From an uncultured Verrucomicrobiae bacterium (lineage in GTDB: Bacteria; Verrucomicrobiota; Verrucomicrobiia; Chthoniobacterales; JAFAMB01): a stretch of DNA of 64,000 bases. This document shows, in pieces, positions 19,731 through 30,228 of the stretch (positions are counted from its first letter, which is position 1; each line of letters begins with the position of its first letter). The notes beneath the pieces were generated by a model. The model was not told the origin of the DNA, searched no databases, and saw only the letters and a program-made list of their open reading frames with translations. Location: contig CAWIPH010000002.1 of assembly GCA_963837955.1 (NCBI GenBank), forward strand, positions 4,864,001 through 4,928,000, written 5' to 3'. The position numbers and the translations under genes were made by a program.

Positions 19731-19771
19731 AAAAAAACGCAACCCGAAGAGCAGCTCTCCCGGAGCGTTTT
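19731..19771 (-). terminator. Terminator-like hairpin between infA and rpmJ
   Basis: Minus strand AAAACGC-TCCGGGAGAGCTGCTCTTCGGG-TTGCG followed by T7. Confidence 0.55.
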
Positions 19772-19784
19772 CTATCCAACAACC

Positions 19785-20003
19785 TTACCTTTGCCGGAAG
19801 GTTATTCGGCCTTTCGTTAGGTCGTAAGGTGACATCTCTACCATAACTTTGTCTCCTGGCAAGATCCTAATGAAGTGTAACCGCATTTTTCCGGAGATAT
19901 GAGCCAATAGTTTATGGCCATTCGGCAACTGCACACGAAACATCGTGTTAGGCAGCAGTTCCACTATCTTGCCTTCAACTTCGATGACGTCTTTTCGCGC
20001 CAT
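19785..20003 (-). CDS. infA: Translation initiation factor IF-1
   Basis: [25 protein letters not shown]. Confidence 0.98.
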   Translation of the reverse strand: MARKDVIEVEGKIVELLPNTMFRVQLPNGHKLLAHISGKMRLHFIRILPGDKVMVEMSPYDLTKGRITFRQR

Positions 20004-20740
20004 GTCAGAATTTCAGGTTCCCCTTTCGTCACTAATATCGTGTGTTCGAAATGTGCAGACGGAGAGTGATCGGCAGTGACCACGGTCCAATCATCTTGTA
20101 GCAACCTCACCGCCGCGTTGCCGAGATTCACCATCGGTTCGATGGCCAAAGTCATTCCGGCGCGCAATTTCGCATTTACCCCAGGAGTTCGGTAATTGGG
20201 AATTTGCGGCTCTTCATGGAGCCGCCGGCCAACGCCGTGGCCCACAAATTCACGCACTACGTTGAACCCATGCTTCTCCACTTCATCTTGGATCGCCGCG
20301 CATACTTCACTTAATCGGCGACCGTCTCGTGCTTTCTCGATGCCGAGGTAAAGTGCGTTTTCTGCTACCTCCAATAGTCGCTGGACATCTTCGTGGACAA
20401 TTCCAACCGGAACCGTCGCGGCGGTGTCGCCGACAAAGCCATCTAAGATGACGCCGATATCCAGCTTCGCGATATCCCCGTACTGAATGCGGCGAGAACC
20501 GCCGATTCCGTGTACCACTTCGTCGTTCAGCGAAATACAGATCTGGCCAGGGAACTTCTTGTACCCGAGAAACGCACTGCGGCAGCCGGCGTCTGCCATC
20601 AGTTTGCCGGCAGCCTGATCAATTTCCCTCGTTGTAACTCCAGGTCGAAGCAGTGACGAGATCTCATCCAGGATCCTGCTCGCCAATCGGCAAGCAGCCC
20701 GCATCTTTTCGATCTCTGAAGCCGTCTTTATCGGAATCAT
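19964..20740 (-). CDS. map: Methionine aminopeptidase type I
   Basis: VVHGIG, DTA, GHGVG..LHEEP, AIEPM, SAHFEHT. Confidence 0.97.
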   Translation of the reverse strand: MIPIKTASEIEKMRAACRLASRILDEISSLLRPGVTTREIDQAAGKLMADAGCRSAFLGYKKFPGQICISLNDEVVHGIGGSRRIQYGDIAKLDIGVILDGFVGDTAATVPVGIVHEDVQRLLEVAENALYLGIEKARDGRRLSEVCAAIQDEVEKHGFNVVREFVGHGVGRRLHEEPQIPNYRTPGVNAKLRAGMTLAIEPMVNLGNAAVRLLQDDWTVVTADHSPSAHFEHTILVTKGEPEILTWREKTSSKLKAR

Positions 20741-21381
20741 GCCCGTATCACTCGGCTGATTTGGTCAAACACTTTGTCGACTTCCTGATCCGCGTCGACT
20801 GTTGCTAACAAATCTCGTTCCGAATAAAAATCGATCAATGGTAAGCTTTTTTTCCGAAATTCTTCGAGGCGCAGGGTCAGGGCGGCCTGATTATCGTCGG
20901 AACGAATCTCAAGCTTTCCTCCACAGTTGGGACAAGGGTCAGAGGCACTTTGCACGTGATGACCAAGGCTGACGACTTTTCCGCACTGCGAGCAGGTTAA
21001 CCGGCGCGCCATCCGGAAGGCGATCGTCGGCTCCGAAACGTCCAGGAAAATAGCCAACTCGAGCGGAGCTTGGCGGGCTTCTAGCATTTTCTCAAACGCC
21101 ACCGCTTGAGGAACCGTCCGCGGAAAGCCGTCAAAGAGAAATGCGTCTTTATGATGATCGAGCCATTGGCCAACCAGGCTAAGGACTAATTCGTCCGGCG
21201 CTAGCGCGCCCTTGCTGATAATGCGGTCCGCTTCACGACCGATGGCGGAATTCAATTTCGCCTCTCGTCGAAGGATTGCTCCGGTCGAGGTCGCCGGAAT
21301 TTGGAATATTTTCTGAATTAATTCAGATTGCGTTCCTTTTCCGGACGCGGGCGGACCGAGCAGCACAATTCTCCTTTTCAC
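20737..21381 (-). CDS. adk: Adenylate kinase with Zn-type lid
   Basis: GPPASGKGTQ, DGFPRT, CSQC...CPNC, RSDD. Confidence 0.96.
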   Translation of the reverse strand: MKRRIVLLGPPASGKGTQSELIQKIFQIPATSTGAILRREAKLNSAIGREADRIISKGALAPDELVLSLVGQWLDHHKDAFLFDGFPRTVPQAVAFEKMLEARQAPLELAIFLDVSEPTIAFRMARRLTCSQCGKVVSLGHHVQSASDPCPNCGGKLEIRSDDNQAALTLRLEEFRKKSLPLIDFYSERDLLATVDADQEVDKVFDQISRVIRA

Positions 21382-21390
21382 CCCGAAACA

Positions 21391-22896
21391 CTAATGCTGA
21401 GTCACGAATATCGAAATCGCGACTCCCGCTACCGCCAGGGCAGCGGCCCCTACGCACATCCAGAGCAAAGCTCCTTCGCGTACCGCGTTGCCTTGGGAAC
21501 CGCCAACCCTATCAAAGCGTCCCCGAATCTTGCCCTTACGCAGAAACCCGTCGTAGTGTCGTTGGATGAGATAAGTTTCCACTTGTCTCATGGTATCCAG
21601 GATCACTCCCACGATAATCAGCAGGCTCGTGCCGCCAAAGAACCGGGCGGTCAGACGAGGGACACCAAACCAAGTCATCAATAGTTCCGGGATCACTGCA
21701 ATCAAAGTCAGAAAGAGTGCTCCGGCAAAGGTGATCCGGGTCAGGGTGTATTCGAGAAAGTCTGCGGTCGGTTTGCCCGGCCGAATACCTGGGATGTAAC
21801 CGTTATTTTTCTTGAGATCGTCGGCGATCTGGGTCGGCTGAAATTGGATTGCTACCCAGAAGAAACTAAAGAAGAAAATCAAGAGGGCAGTGACCAGGTA
21901 ATGCACCGGTCCCTGCGCGAGCGAAACGGCCAGCGTGTTTGCCCATTCCGAGTTCCGGAAAGCCATGCTGAGAATCGTCGAGGGAAACAAGAGAATCGCT
22001 TGCGCAAAAATGATCGGCATGACGCCGACGGCATTGACTTTCAGCGGAAGATACTGGGTTTGGCCGCCGTAAACTTTCCGCCCGACGACTCGTTTCGCAT
22101 ATTGAATGCTAATCCGACGCTGTCCCTGCGTGATTGCGATAACACCGGCAATCACGATGAACAGAAAGAGCACCATCATAACCAAAACGATTGGGCTTAC
22201 CTGACTAGGGGCACCCGAGGGTGGAACGAAAGTGTTCCAAACCTGAACAATTGCCCCAGGAACACTGGCCAAGATCCCGATCGTGATGATCATGGAAGTT
22301 CCGTTCCCAATTCCGCGCTCGGTAATTTGGTCACCGACCCACATCAGGAACATCGTCCCCGCGCTTAAAGCAATTGTTGCGATGACTTGAAACCCGAGAC
22401 CGCCGTCCGGTACCAGTGGCCCGAACTTGGCTATCGAATTCCCGATTCCTTGGAGAAATGGATTCGATGTCGGATTCTCCATTGAAGCCGTCAGCAAGAA
22501 CCCCTGAAAAACGCAGAGGGCTAAAGTTACGTAGCGGGTGTACTGGCTAATTTTCTGCCGCCCACCAGTCTCTTCCCGGGCCATCTTGTTCAACCGCGGT
22601 ATTACCGCGGTTAACAGCTGCATCATGATCGATGCGCTGATGTAAGGCATGATGCCGAGCGAGAAAAGGGCACAGTGTTCCAGTGCGCCACCGGCAAAAA
22701 TATTGGCTAATGCCGCAATACCGCCAGCAGTAGGGTTCGCAGTTTGAGTGTGAAACCAATCGTTCAACACATGAGCGTTAACCCCAGGGATCGTGATCGC
22801 AGCGCCAGCTCTGACGATGATGATCATGACCAACGTGAAAATGATCCGTTGGCGCAGCTCGGGTATCTTAAAGATGTTGAAGAAAGCGGAGATCAT
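21391..22896 (-). CDS. secY: Preprotein translocase SecY
   Basis: LGIMPYISASI, GIGNG.S, IPGIRPG, GGTSLLIIVGV. Confidence 0.98.
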   Translation of the reverse strand: MISAFFNIFKIPELRQRIIFTLVMIIIVRAGAAITIPGVNAHVLNDWFHTQTANPTAGGIAALANIFAGGALEHCALFSLGIMPYISASIMMQLLTAVIPRLNKMAREETGGRQKISQYTRYVTLALCVFQGFLLTASMENPTSNPFLQGIGNSIAKFGPLVPDGGLGFQVIATIALSAGTMFLMWVGDQITERGIGNGTSMIITIGILASVPGAIVQVWNTFVPPSGAPSQVSPIVLVMMVLFLFIVIAGVIAITQGQRRISIQYAKRVVGRKVYGGQTQYLPLKVNAVGVMPIIFAQAILLFPSTILSMAFRNSEWANTLAVSLAQGPVHYLVTALLIFFFSFFWVAIQFQPTQIADDLKKNNGYIPGIRPGKPTADFLEYTLTRITFAGALFLTLIAVIPELLMTWFGVPRLTARFFGGTSLLIIVGVILDTMRQVETYLIQRHYDGFLRKGKIRGRFDRVGGSQGNAVREGALLWMCVGAAALAVAGVAISIFVTQH

Positions 22897-22908
22897 TTGA
22901 ACGGCCGA

Positions 22909-23355
22909 TTAAGCACGTACTACAACCGAGCCCCCAGCTTGTTCAATTTTTTGACGCGCCGATTCACTAAACTTATCGGCTTCGACCGTCAGTTTTTTGG
23001 TAAGCTCACCGCGACCGAGTATCTTCAACCCGTCAATTTTGCCGCTGATCAACCCTTTTTCTCGCAACAGCTGTTCGTTAACGTCGGATCCGGCCGCAAA
23101 AACTTCCAGCTCATCCAGATTCACGATCGCGAACTGCACTTTGAAAGCGGCATTGTTAAAGCCGCGTTTTGGGAGACGTCGGATTAAAGGCATCTGACCA
23201 CCTTCAAAACCGAGACGAATACTGCCTCCGGACCGCGCTTTCTGGCCCTTATGGCCTTTGCCACTTGTTTTTCCGTGACCAGAACTTTCGCCGCATCCCA
23301 GGCGCTTGACCCGGTGCTTCGCCCCTGGTCGAGGCTTTAAATTGTGTAGTCGCAT
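22909..23355 (-). CDS. rplO: 50S ribosomal protein L15
   Basis: [26 protein letters not shown]. Confidence 0.98.
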   Translation of the reverse strand: MRLHNLKPRPGAKHRVKRLGCGESSGHGKTSGKGHKGQKARSGGSIRLGFEGGQMPLIRRLPKRGFNNAAFKVQFAIVNLDELEVFAAGSDVNEQLLREKGLISGKIDGLKILGRGELTKKLTVEADKFSESARQKIEQAGGSVVVRA

Positions 23356-23404
23356 AAAACGAATCCTAAGAAACTCATTGTTGATGACTTCGCCAAGCCA
23401 TCAA

Positions 23405-23929
23405 CTAGTTGGAACCATCCTTCCCGCGAAGTTTCCAGATATCCTGGCGTTGCCGTAACGCCAATAGTGCCTCCATGGTCGCTTTCACGACGTTAGCATG
23501 ATTGCTGGATCCCAAAGATTTGGCCAAAACGTCCCGAATACCGGCGGCTTCTACCACAGCGCGAACGCCGCCTCCCGCGATCAAACCAGTTCCAGGCGAT
23601 GCGGGTCGCAACAAGACGCGCCCACCGCCAAACTCGCCGATCACTTCATGCGGGATAGTATTCTCGTGAATCGCGACTGGAACCATTGCCTTGCGGGCCG
23701 CTTCCGAAGCCTTGCGGATCGCCTCCGAAACCTCGTTGGCTTTGCCAAAGCCATATCCGACCCGGCCTTTATGGTCACCGGCAACAATGAGAGCACTGAA
23801 GCTAAAACGGCGGCCACCTTTCACCACTTTCGCGCACCGATTGATGAAGACCACTTTCTCGGTCGTATCGCTCTTAGGCTGATTGCGATCCGAATTGTCG
23901 TTGCGGCGATTTCTCACTTCGTATGCCAT
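23405..23929 (-). CDS. rpsE: 30S ribosomal protein S5
   Basis: [19 protein letters not shown]. Confidence 0.98.
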   Translation of the reverse strand: MAYEVRNRRNDNSDRNQPKSDTTEKVVFINRCAKVVKGGRRFSFSALIVAGDHKGRVGYGFGKANEVSEAIRKASEAARKAMVPVAIHENTIPHEVIGEFGGGRVLLRPASPGTGLIAGGGVRAVVEAAGIRDVLAKSLGSSNHANVVKATMEALLALRQRQDIWKLRGKDGSN

Positions 23930-23932
23930 AAA

Positions 23933-24286
23933 TTAGAACTCTAACCCGGCCGATCGTGCCGCGTCGGCCAAGGCTTTCACCTTGCCGTGATAAGTAAATC
24001 CACCTCGATCAAAGACGACCGCTTTGACGTTTTTCTCTAAGCTTCTTTCTGCCACCAACGAGCCGATCTTCTCTGCCATCGAGACGTTCGCATATCCACG
24101 CCTCTCCCCGCGAACACCATCTTCGACGGTCGACGCAGCCGCTACAGTCTTACCGGCGGCATCATCGATGACCTGCGCGTAAATGTGCTGTCCCGAAAAG
24201 TGAATGCTTAGGCGAGGCCGTTCGCTCGTGCCTACCAGCCGTTTGCGAATGCGCTGGTGCCTCATTTTAATTCGGTTAATAGCCAT
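23933..24286 (-). CDS. rplR: 50S ribosomal protein L18
   Basis: RPRL, VVFDRGG..YHGKV. Confidence 0.97.
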   Translation of the reverse strand: MAINRIKMRHQRIRKRLVGTSERPRLSIHFSGQHIYAQVIDDAAGKTVAAASTVEDGVRGERRGYANVSMAEKIGSLVAERSLEKNVKAVVFDRGGFTYHGKVKALADAARSAGLEF

Positions 24287-24304
24287 GATATCGCTTCTCC
24301 GTTC

Positions 24305-24844
24305 CTACTGAACCGTCTTTCCTTCTTTTCGCAGAATCTGTTCACCGACATAGCGAATACCCTTACCCTTGTAGGGCTCGGGGGGATAATAAGCCCGGAT
24401 GTCAGCGGCAACCTGCCCGACCTTCTGCTTATCGATCCCTTCAACTGAAAGTTTGGTATTCTCCTGCACGGTAATCTTTATTCCGTCCGGTATACTGAAT
24501 ACCACTGGATGGGAATAACCCAAGCTGAGGTTCAAATTCTTGCCCTGTACTTGCGCTCGGAATCCCACTCCCTGAATTTCCAATTCCTTCCGGTAACCTT
24601 GGCTGACCCCGGTCACCATGTTCTGCACCAAGCTCCTGGAAAGCCCGTGGAGCGCCCGAATGCTACGCGCTTCTTCTGAGCGCTCAAGCATGACCTCTTT
24701 CCCTTCGACCCGCAGTTTGATCTGCTTCGGTAAGGTCCATTCGAGCTTTCCCTTCGGGCCTTCGACAGTGACCGAGCCCGCATGAGAAATGTCCAATTTT
24801 ACCTTCTCTGGAAGCAATACGCTTTTCTTACCAATTCGCGACAT
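24305..24844 (-). CDS. rplF: 50S ribosomal protein L6
   Basis: MSRIGK, PPEPYKGKGIRY; ATG at 24844. Confidence 0.97.
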   Translation of the reverse strand: MSRIGKKSVLLPEKVKLDISHAGSVTVEGPKGKLEWTLPKQIKLRVEGKEVMLERSEEARSIRALHGLSRSLVQNMVTGVSQGYRKELEIQGVGFRAQVQGKNLNLSLGYSHPVVFSIPDGIKITVQENTKLSVEGIDKQKVGQVAADIRAYYPPEPYKGKGIRYVGEQILRKEGKTVQ

Positions 24845-24855
24845 TGTATTCCTCC

Positions 24856-25254
24856 CTACCAAACTACCGCCAGCAATTCACCGCCGACATTTTCCCGCTT
24901 TGCCTCGCGTCCGGTCATTAATCCACGTGACGATGAGATGATCGCGACACCCATTCCGCCCAAAACGCGCGGCACCTCTTTCGAGCCGACGTATTTGCGT
25001 AGACCAGGCCGACTCACCCGCTTCACACCGGTTAACGCCGGGGTCCGATGGACAAACTTCATCGTCAATTTAAGAACGGGCGGTGTTGCCGTGGTATCAA
25101 CCTCAAAATCAGTAATGTAACCCTCTTGTTTGAGGATCCGCGCAATCTGCTCCTTCATCCGGGAGTAAGGAACCGTCACGTCCGCCCGATGCGAACGAGA
25201 GGCATTGCGAAGCCGCGTAAGAAAATCCGCGATTGGATCAGATAAAGTACTCAT
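24856..25254 (-). CDS. rpsH: 30S ribosomal protein S8
   Basis: DPIADFLTRLRN, SRPGLR.Y, GGE. Confidence 0.98.
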   Translation of the reverse strand: MSTLSDPIADFLTRLRNASRSHRADVTVPYSRMKEQIARILKQEGYITDFEVDTTATPPVLKLTMKFVHRTPALTGVKRVSRPGLRKYVGSKEVPRVLGGMGVAIISSSRGLMTGREAKRENVGGELLAVVW

Positions 25255-25265
25255 TTGCGAATTTT

Positions 25266-25838
25266 CTAGTCTTTCTGTTGCGATGGTAATTTGCGGTCAC
25301 TAAAAGGAACTCCCAACTCGGTCAGAAGTGCCTTCGCTTCCTCGTTCGTTTTGGCGGTAGTGACAATCGTGATATCAAAACCGATGTTCCGCTTGATCTT
25401 ATCGAGCTCAACTTCCGGGAAGATTGACTGGTCAGAGACCCCGAGGGTGTAGTTTCCCCGCCCATCAAACGCGCGCGGCGAGATACCACGGAAATCCCGA
25501 ATGCGAGGAAGAGACATTTTGATCAACCTCTGTAAGAACTCATACATCTGGGCTCCCCGGAGTGTGACTTTCGCCCCAATCGGTTGGTCTTTGCGAAGCT
25601 TAAAATTTGAAATGCTCTTTTTAGAGCGTGTTTCCGCGGCCTTTTGCCCGGTAATCAAAGCGAGTTCGGCCTTTGCGTCCTCTAACCCTTGTTTCGCGTC
25701 ACTTGATTGCGTAGATATACAGGTGTTTACGACTACTTTTTCAACTCGAGGAACCTGATACAGATTCTTGTAGCCGAGTCGCTCACGCAAAGCCGGGACA
25801 ACTCGTTCTTTGTACTCTTTATACAATTCAGTTTCCAT
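25266..25838 (-). CDS. rplE: 50S ribosomal protein L5
   Basis: ITGQK, LPRIRDFRG, FDGRGNY. Confidence 0.98.
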   Translation of the reverse strand: METELYKEYKERVVPALRERLGYKNLYQVPRVEKVVVNTCISTQSSDAKQGLEDAKAELALITGQKAAETRSKKSISNFKLRKDQPIGAKVTLRGAQMYEFLQRLIKMSLPRIRDFRGISPRAFDGRGNYTLGVSDQSIFPEVELDKIKRNIGFDITIVTTAKTNEEAKALLTELGVPFSDRKLPSQQKD

Positions 25839-25841
25839 CGT

Positions 25842-26114
25842 TTACTCCCCTTTGGCCTTCTTTGATCGTTTAGCTGGCTTCTTTTCCACAATCTTAACAT
25901 TCGAGATATGGATTGGCCCTTCCCGATTTATCAAAGCGCCATTTGGATGGTCCTGAGATTTTCGGACGGTCTTCTTAATGATGCGGACGCCCTCGATCAA
26001 CACTTGTTCTTTCTTCGGTAAAACTTGCAGGATTTTGCCGGCAGCACCTCGATGGTTGCCGGAAATAACCTCGACGTCGTCTCCCTTTTTCACATGAAAT
26101 TTCAACCGACTCAT
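25842..26114 (-). CDS. rplX: 50S ribosomal protein L24
   Basis: [16 protein letters not shown]. Confidence 0.96.
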   Translation of the reverse strand: MSRLKFHVKKGDDVEVISGNHRGAAGKILQVLPKKEQVLIEGVRIIKKTVRKSQDHPNGALINREGPIHISNVKIVEKKPAKRSKKAKGE

Positions 26115-26479
26115 AGCACCTCCGGAGCAAGCGAAATGATTTTCATGAAGTTCTTTTCGCGCAATTCGCGAGCAACGGGTCCGAAAATGCGCGTACCCCG
26201 CGGATTCTGATCCTTGTCGATGATCACGATGGCGTTGTTATCAAAACGAAGATAGGAACCGTCGTCCCGCTTTACGGGTTGTTTGGTGCGCACAACTACG
26301 GCGCGAACCACATCGCCTTTCTTTACCGTACCGTTGGCTGCGGCCTCTTTGACGTTGCAGGTGATCACGTCACCTATAGACGCGTACAGACTTGCCCCCT
26401 TGCCGATTACCCCAATCATGGTGGCCATTCGGGCGCCGGTATTATCGGCAACATCGAGTCTTGATCGAATTTGAATCAT
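26111..26479 (-). CDS. rplN: 50S ribosomal protein L14
   Basis: [23 protein letters not shown] at 26479. Confidence 0.98.
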   Translation of the reverse strand: MIQIRSRLDVADNTGARMATMIGVIGKGASLYASIGDVITCNVKEAAANGTVKKGDVVRAVVVRTKQPVKRDDGSYLRFDNNAIVIIDKDQNPRGTRIFGPVARELREKNFMKIISLAPEVL

Positions 26480-26490
26480 CTCGTCGCTCC

Positions 26491-26811
26491 CTAATGTTTG
26501 AGCACCTCGATCAATTGCCAGCGCTTCAAACGGCTTAACGGTTTCGTTTCTTCTACTCGCACCAGGTCTCCGATCGCGCACTGATTTGTAGCGTCGTGTG
26601 CGTAAAGCTTTTTAGTTCGCTTGACGATCTTCCCAAACTTAGGATGCGGTACCCGACGGATAACGGCGACGACAATGGTCTTATCCATTTTGTCGGATAC
26701 GACTTGGCCGACCCGCGTTTTCCGAAGATGCCGCTTCGGAAGTTCAGACTGCTGCGTCTGCGGAGCAGGCGCCGTGGCAGTACCTTCAGAATGCACAGTC
26801 TCTTGATTCAT
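26491..26811 (-). CDS. rpsQ: 30S ribosomal protein S17
   Basis: [23 protein letters not shown]. Confidence 0.97.
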   Translation of the reverse strand: MNQETVHSEGTATAPAPQTQQSELPKRHLRKTRVGQVVSDKMDKTIVVAVIRRVPHPKFGKIVKRTKKLYAHDATNQCAIGDLVRVEETKPLSRLKRWQLIEVLKH

Positions 26812-26838
26812 TTTACTATTTTCCTCACCAGCCGCTGC

Positions 26839-27039
26839 TTAGGCAGCCGTCTTTTGCGCTCGCTCGCTCAAAATGGTTTCGATTCGCGCTACCTCGCGGC
26901 GATTGGCTCGAAGCACGCTGGGTTTCTCAATGCTCCCGCTCTGTTGTTGGAGCTGGAGATTGAAGGTCTCTCTGCGTAGTTCTCTGCGGCGAGAGACCAA
27001 TTCATCACTACTTAGCTCACGAAGCTCTTTTATTTTCAT
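26839..27039 (-). CDS. rpmC: 50S ribosomal protein L29
   Basis: ELRELS, RREVARIETIL; position in S10 cluster. Confidence 0.95.
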   Translation of the reverse strand: MKIKELRELSSDELVSRRRELRRETFNLQLQQQSGSIEKPSVLRANRREVARIETILSERAQKTAA

Positions 27040-27059
27040 TTCGATCTCCGTCCTAGCGG

Positions 27060-27485
27060 TTACACCGCAACGGCGTGCTGCCTGGCAATAAATCGAGTTC
27101 TCACCGGCAACTTCGTGGCAGCCAACCGGAGAGATTCTCGAGCTACGCTCTCGGTTACTCCGTCCAGTTCAAAAATGATGTTCCCAGGGCGCACCGTTGC
27201 CACCCAATGCTCCGGATTTCCTTTCCCTTTACCCATTCGGGTTTCTGGCGGTCGAGCTGTGACCGATTTATCCGGAAAAATCTTAATCCAAAGTTTTCCT
27301 TTTCTTTTCATATTACGCGTCAACGCAACGCGCGCCGCCTCGATCTGAATGTTTGTAATCCAGGCGCGCTCGAGTGTTTGCAGCGCGTATTCCCCAAAGG
27401 CGATCGAGACGTTCCTAGAAGCACTCCCGGAGCGGCTTCCGCGCTGGGTCTTCCGGTACTTCACTCTTTTCGGCATTAATGGCAT
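27060..27485 (-). CDS. rplP: 50S ribosomal protein L16
   Basis: [17 protein letters not shown]. Confidence 0.98.
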   Translation of the reverse strand: MPLMPKRVKYRKTQRGSRSGSASRNVSIAFGEYALQTLERAWITNIQIEAARVALTRNMKRKGKLWIKIFPDKSVTARPPETRMGKGKGNPEHWVATVRPGNIIFELDGVTESVARESLRLAATKLPVRTRFIARQHAVAV

Positions 27486-27498
27486 AGGAAGTCCCTAT

Positions 27499-28191
27499 CT
27501 AACTTTTGTTACCGCCGGGAGCACCTGTCTCCTGCTTCCCTTCTTTCTTCTGGTCGCGATCCGCTGCGGCCTCTACCTTGCAGATCCAACATTTCACACC
27601 GATTTTCCCGTAGACGGTGTGCGCTTCGGCGAAACCGTAATCGATCGGAGTACGCAGTGTGTGCAGAGGGATCTTGCCATCGCGGTACCATTCAGCGCGC
27701 GATATCTCGCCGCCTCCGAGACGGCCGGAACAGCGAATCTTTATGCCGAGCGCACCAAAGTCTTTGGTCGTCTGCACCGCCTTCTTCATCGCCCGTCGAA
27801 ACGAAATTCGGCGTTCTATTTGGAGAGCAACGTTTTCCGCGACTAGCTGCGCATCGAGTTCCGGTGTTTTGATCTCTTGAATGTCAATTTTGACCTGTTT
27901 CCCACCAGACATCCGCGTGATCTCTTCAGTCATCCGTTCGATCTCGGCACCCCGGCGACCGATAACGATCCCGGGTCGAGCCGTGTAGATAGTGACGCGA
28001 ATGCTGTTCCAGGCACGCTCAATCAAAACTTTTGAAACCGCGGCCAAAGCGAGCTTCTGTTTCACAAAGCTGCGGACACGCAAATCGGTGTGGAGGAACT
28101 CAGGAAATTCCTTACTTGTAGCGTACCAACGGGATCGCCAATCCTTGTTGAGCGCCAGCCGGAAACCGATCGGGTTAACTTTTTGTCCCAT
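27499..28191 (-). CDS. rpsC: 30S ribosomal protein S3
   Basis: [24 protein letters not shown]. Confidence 0.98.
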   Translation of the reverse strand: MGQKVNPIGFRLALNKDWRSRWYATSKEFPEFLHTDLRVRSFVKQKLALAAVSKVLIERAWNSIRVTIYTARPGIVIGRRGAEIERMTEEITRMSGGKQVKIDIQEIKTPELDAQLVAENVALQIERRISFRRAMKKAVQTTKDFGALGIKIRCSGRLGGGEISRAEWYRDGKIPLHTLRTPIDYGFAEAHTVYGKIGVKCWICKVEAAADRDQKKEGKQETGAPGGNKS

Positions 28192-28195
28192 AAAA

Positions 28196-28780
28196 TCAAT
28201 CTTTCTTTTTCGTCGGGCTCTTCTCCGCCTTCTTTTCTGCTGAATCCTTCTTTTCAGATTTGGCGCCCGCTTTTTCAGCAGATTTCTTTTTCACCTGATG
28301 TTTGGGTGCGCCTTTACCCTTGCCACGACCAGCCGGCGATTTACGCGAAGAGGTTTTGGTCTTCGGCGCGTCTGTTGCTTCGGCCGCCGATTCAACTCCA
28401 GCCACTTCATCCACATCCTGAGCTGGTTTCTTCTGTCCATCAGCTCCAAGATCGTCCGAGAGAATGATTCGAATATGGCTGGTACGCTTGCGCAGCGGAC
28501 TCGCGCTACCTCTGGCCCGAGCACGAAATCGTTTGTAGGTCGGCCCCTCGCCAACCACCGCTTCTTTAACCAGCAAGGTATCGACCTTGAGCGAAGCGTT
28601 GTTCTCGGCATTCGCGATCGCGCTCTTTAAAGTCTTTTTTACCAAAAGCGCGGCCTTTTTCGGACTAAAGGTCAACAGATCCAAAGCATCTGAAGCAGAT
28701 TGGCCTTGGATTGCGCGGGTCACTTCGCGGGCTTTGAAAGCCGAAATACGAGCGTACCGATAGGTCGAGGTTACTTGCAT
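28196..28780 (-). CDS. rplV: 50S ribosomal protein L22 with long C-terminal extension
   Basis: [20 protein letters not shown]. Confidence 0.96.
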   Translation of the reverse strand: MQVTSTYRYARISAFKAREVTRAIQGQSASDALDLLTFSPKKAALLVKKTLKSAIANAENNASLKVDTLLVKEAVVGEGPTYKRFRARARGSASPLRKRTSHIRIILSDDLGADGQKKPAQDVDEVAGVESAAEATDAPKTKTSSRKSPAGRGKGKGAPKHQVKKKSAEKAGAKSEKKDSAEKKAEKSPTKKKD

Positions 28781-28797
28781 CTTTCCGGATCTCTTTC

Positions 28798-29076
28798 TTA
28801 TTTCGCCACCTTGGCAGTGTGCGCCCCGTGTTTCTTAAATATGCGCGTTGGCGAAAATTCTCCCAATTTGTGTCCCACCATATTCTCCGTCACGAAGACG
28901 GAATTAAAAATCTTGCCGTTGTGGACCAAGAACGTATGTCCCACGAAATCGGGCGTAACCATCGATCGGCGCGCCCAGGTTTTGATCGGCTTCTTAGCGC
29001 TGCTTTTGTTCATCTTATCGATTTTCTCCAGCAGCTTTGGCTCGACGAACGGGCCCTTCTTAAGTGATCTACCCAT
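28798..29076 (-). CDS. rpsS: 30S ribosomal protein S19
   Basis: [22 protein letters not shown]. Confidence 0.98.
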   Translation of the reverse strand: MGRSLKKGPFVEPKLLEKIDKMNKSSAKKPIKTWARRSMVTPDFVGHTFLVHNGKIFNSVFVTENMVGHKLGEFSPTRIFKKHGAHTAKVAK

Positions 29077-29079
29077 AAC

Positions 29080-29931
29080 TTACTTCTTTTTGGCCTTCTT
29101 CTTGCGCCGCTCGACGATGAACGCGTCGCTTGGTTTATGTTTCCGGCGAGTCTTGAACCCTTTGGCGAGTTGGCCCCACGGACTCACTGGATGGTGCCGG
29201 CCGCCACCGCCTTTACTTTTGCCTTGGCCACCACCCATCGGGTGATCGATCGGGTTCATGGCCATACCACGCACACTCGATCGACGTCCCAACCAACGGG
29301 TCCGACCTGCTTTACCGCTCGAGACGTTCATGTGGTCGGTGTTGCCAACCTGCCCAACCGTAGCGTAAGCGTTTTCATTGATCCGGCGAATTTCACCAGA
29401 CGGCAACCGAACCAGAGCGTAGCCACCCTCACGGTTATTCAGCACAGCCTGTTGACCCGCGCTCCTGGCCACCTGTCCCCCGCGACCGGGATTGATTTCG
29501 ACATTGTGGATGACCGTCCCTAACGGGATTGCCTTCAAAGGGAGCGCATTCCCAACTTCCGGGGCTGCTGCTTCACCCGCTACCACTTTCGCTCCCACCT
29601 TCAAGCCGTTCGGGGCGAGGATATACGACTTCTGACCATCAGCGTAACTCAAGAGAGCAATGCGAGCGGAGCGATTTGGATCGTACTCGATCCCCTCAAC
29701 CGTAGCCTCAACGTCACGCAGCTTTCTTTTGAAATCGATGATCCGATATTTTTGTTTGTGTCCTCCCCCGATATGACGAGAAGTCATGCGGCCACGGTTG
29801 TTTCTGCCGCCGGTTCTCTTTTTCGGCTCAAGCAGAGACTTTTCCGGGTGATCTTTGGTTATCTCGTCAAAGCCTGAGGTCTGTTTAAACCGCTGACTCG
29901 GTGTTAATGGACGAAAATTCTTGAGTGCCAT
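29080..29931 (-). CDS. rplB: 50S ribosomal protein L2
   Basis: [31 protein letters not shown]. Confidence 0.98.
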   Translation of the reverse strand: MALKNFRPLTPSQRFKQTSGFDEITKDHPEKSLLEPKKRTGGRNNRGRMTSRHIGGGHKQKYRIIDFKRKLRDVEATVEGIEYDPNRSARIALLSYADGQKSYILAPNGLKVGAKVVAGEAAAPEVGNALPLKAIPLGTVIHNVEINPGRGGQVARSAGQQAVLNNREGGYALVRLPSGEIRRINENAYATVGQVGNTDHMNVSSGKAGRTRWLGRRSSVRGMAMNPIDHPMGGGQGKSKGGGGRHHPVSPWGQLAKGFKTRRKHKPSDAFIVERRKKKAKKK

Positions 29932-29943
29932 TCTTCAATCCTC

Positions 29944-30228
29944 CTAGGCGAGATCGATCTTCTCTCCCTCAGCCAGCGTAACGATGGCTTTCTTCCAGTG
30001 TGGTCGACGACCGAAATCAGCCCGACGTTCACGCTTCTTTTTGCCAGCGTATTGACAGGTGTTCACCCGGACTACCTTCTTCCCCAAGAGCTGCTCGATG
30101 GCTCGTTTGATCTCGAGTTTATTTGCCTTTGGATCGACGCGGAAAACGTATTGATTGTGCTTTTCGCCCAATAAACTTGCTTTTTCCGTGAGCCGGATCG
30201 TTGAAATTATACGCGTCGGTTCGTTCAT
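29944..30228 (-). CDS. rplW: 50S ribosomal protein L23
   Basis: TEKA, ANKLEIK.AIE, WKKAIVTL. Confidence 0.96.
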   Translation of the reverse strand: MNEPTRIISTIRLTEKASLLGEKHNQYVFRVDPKANKLEIKRAIEQLLGKKVVRVNTCQYAGKKKRERRADFGRRPHWKKAIVTLAEGEKIDLA

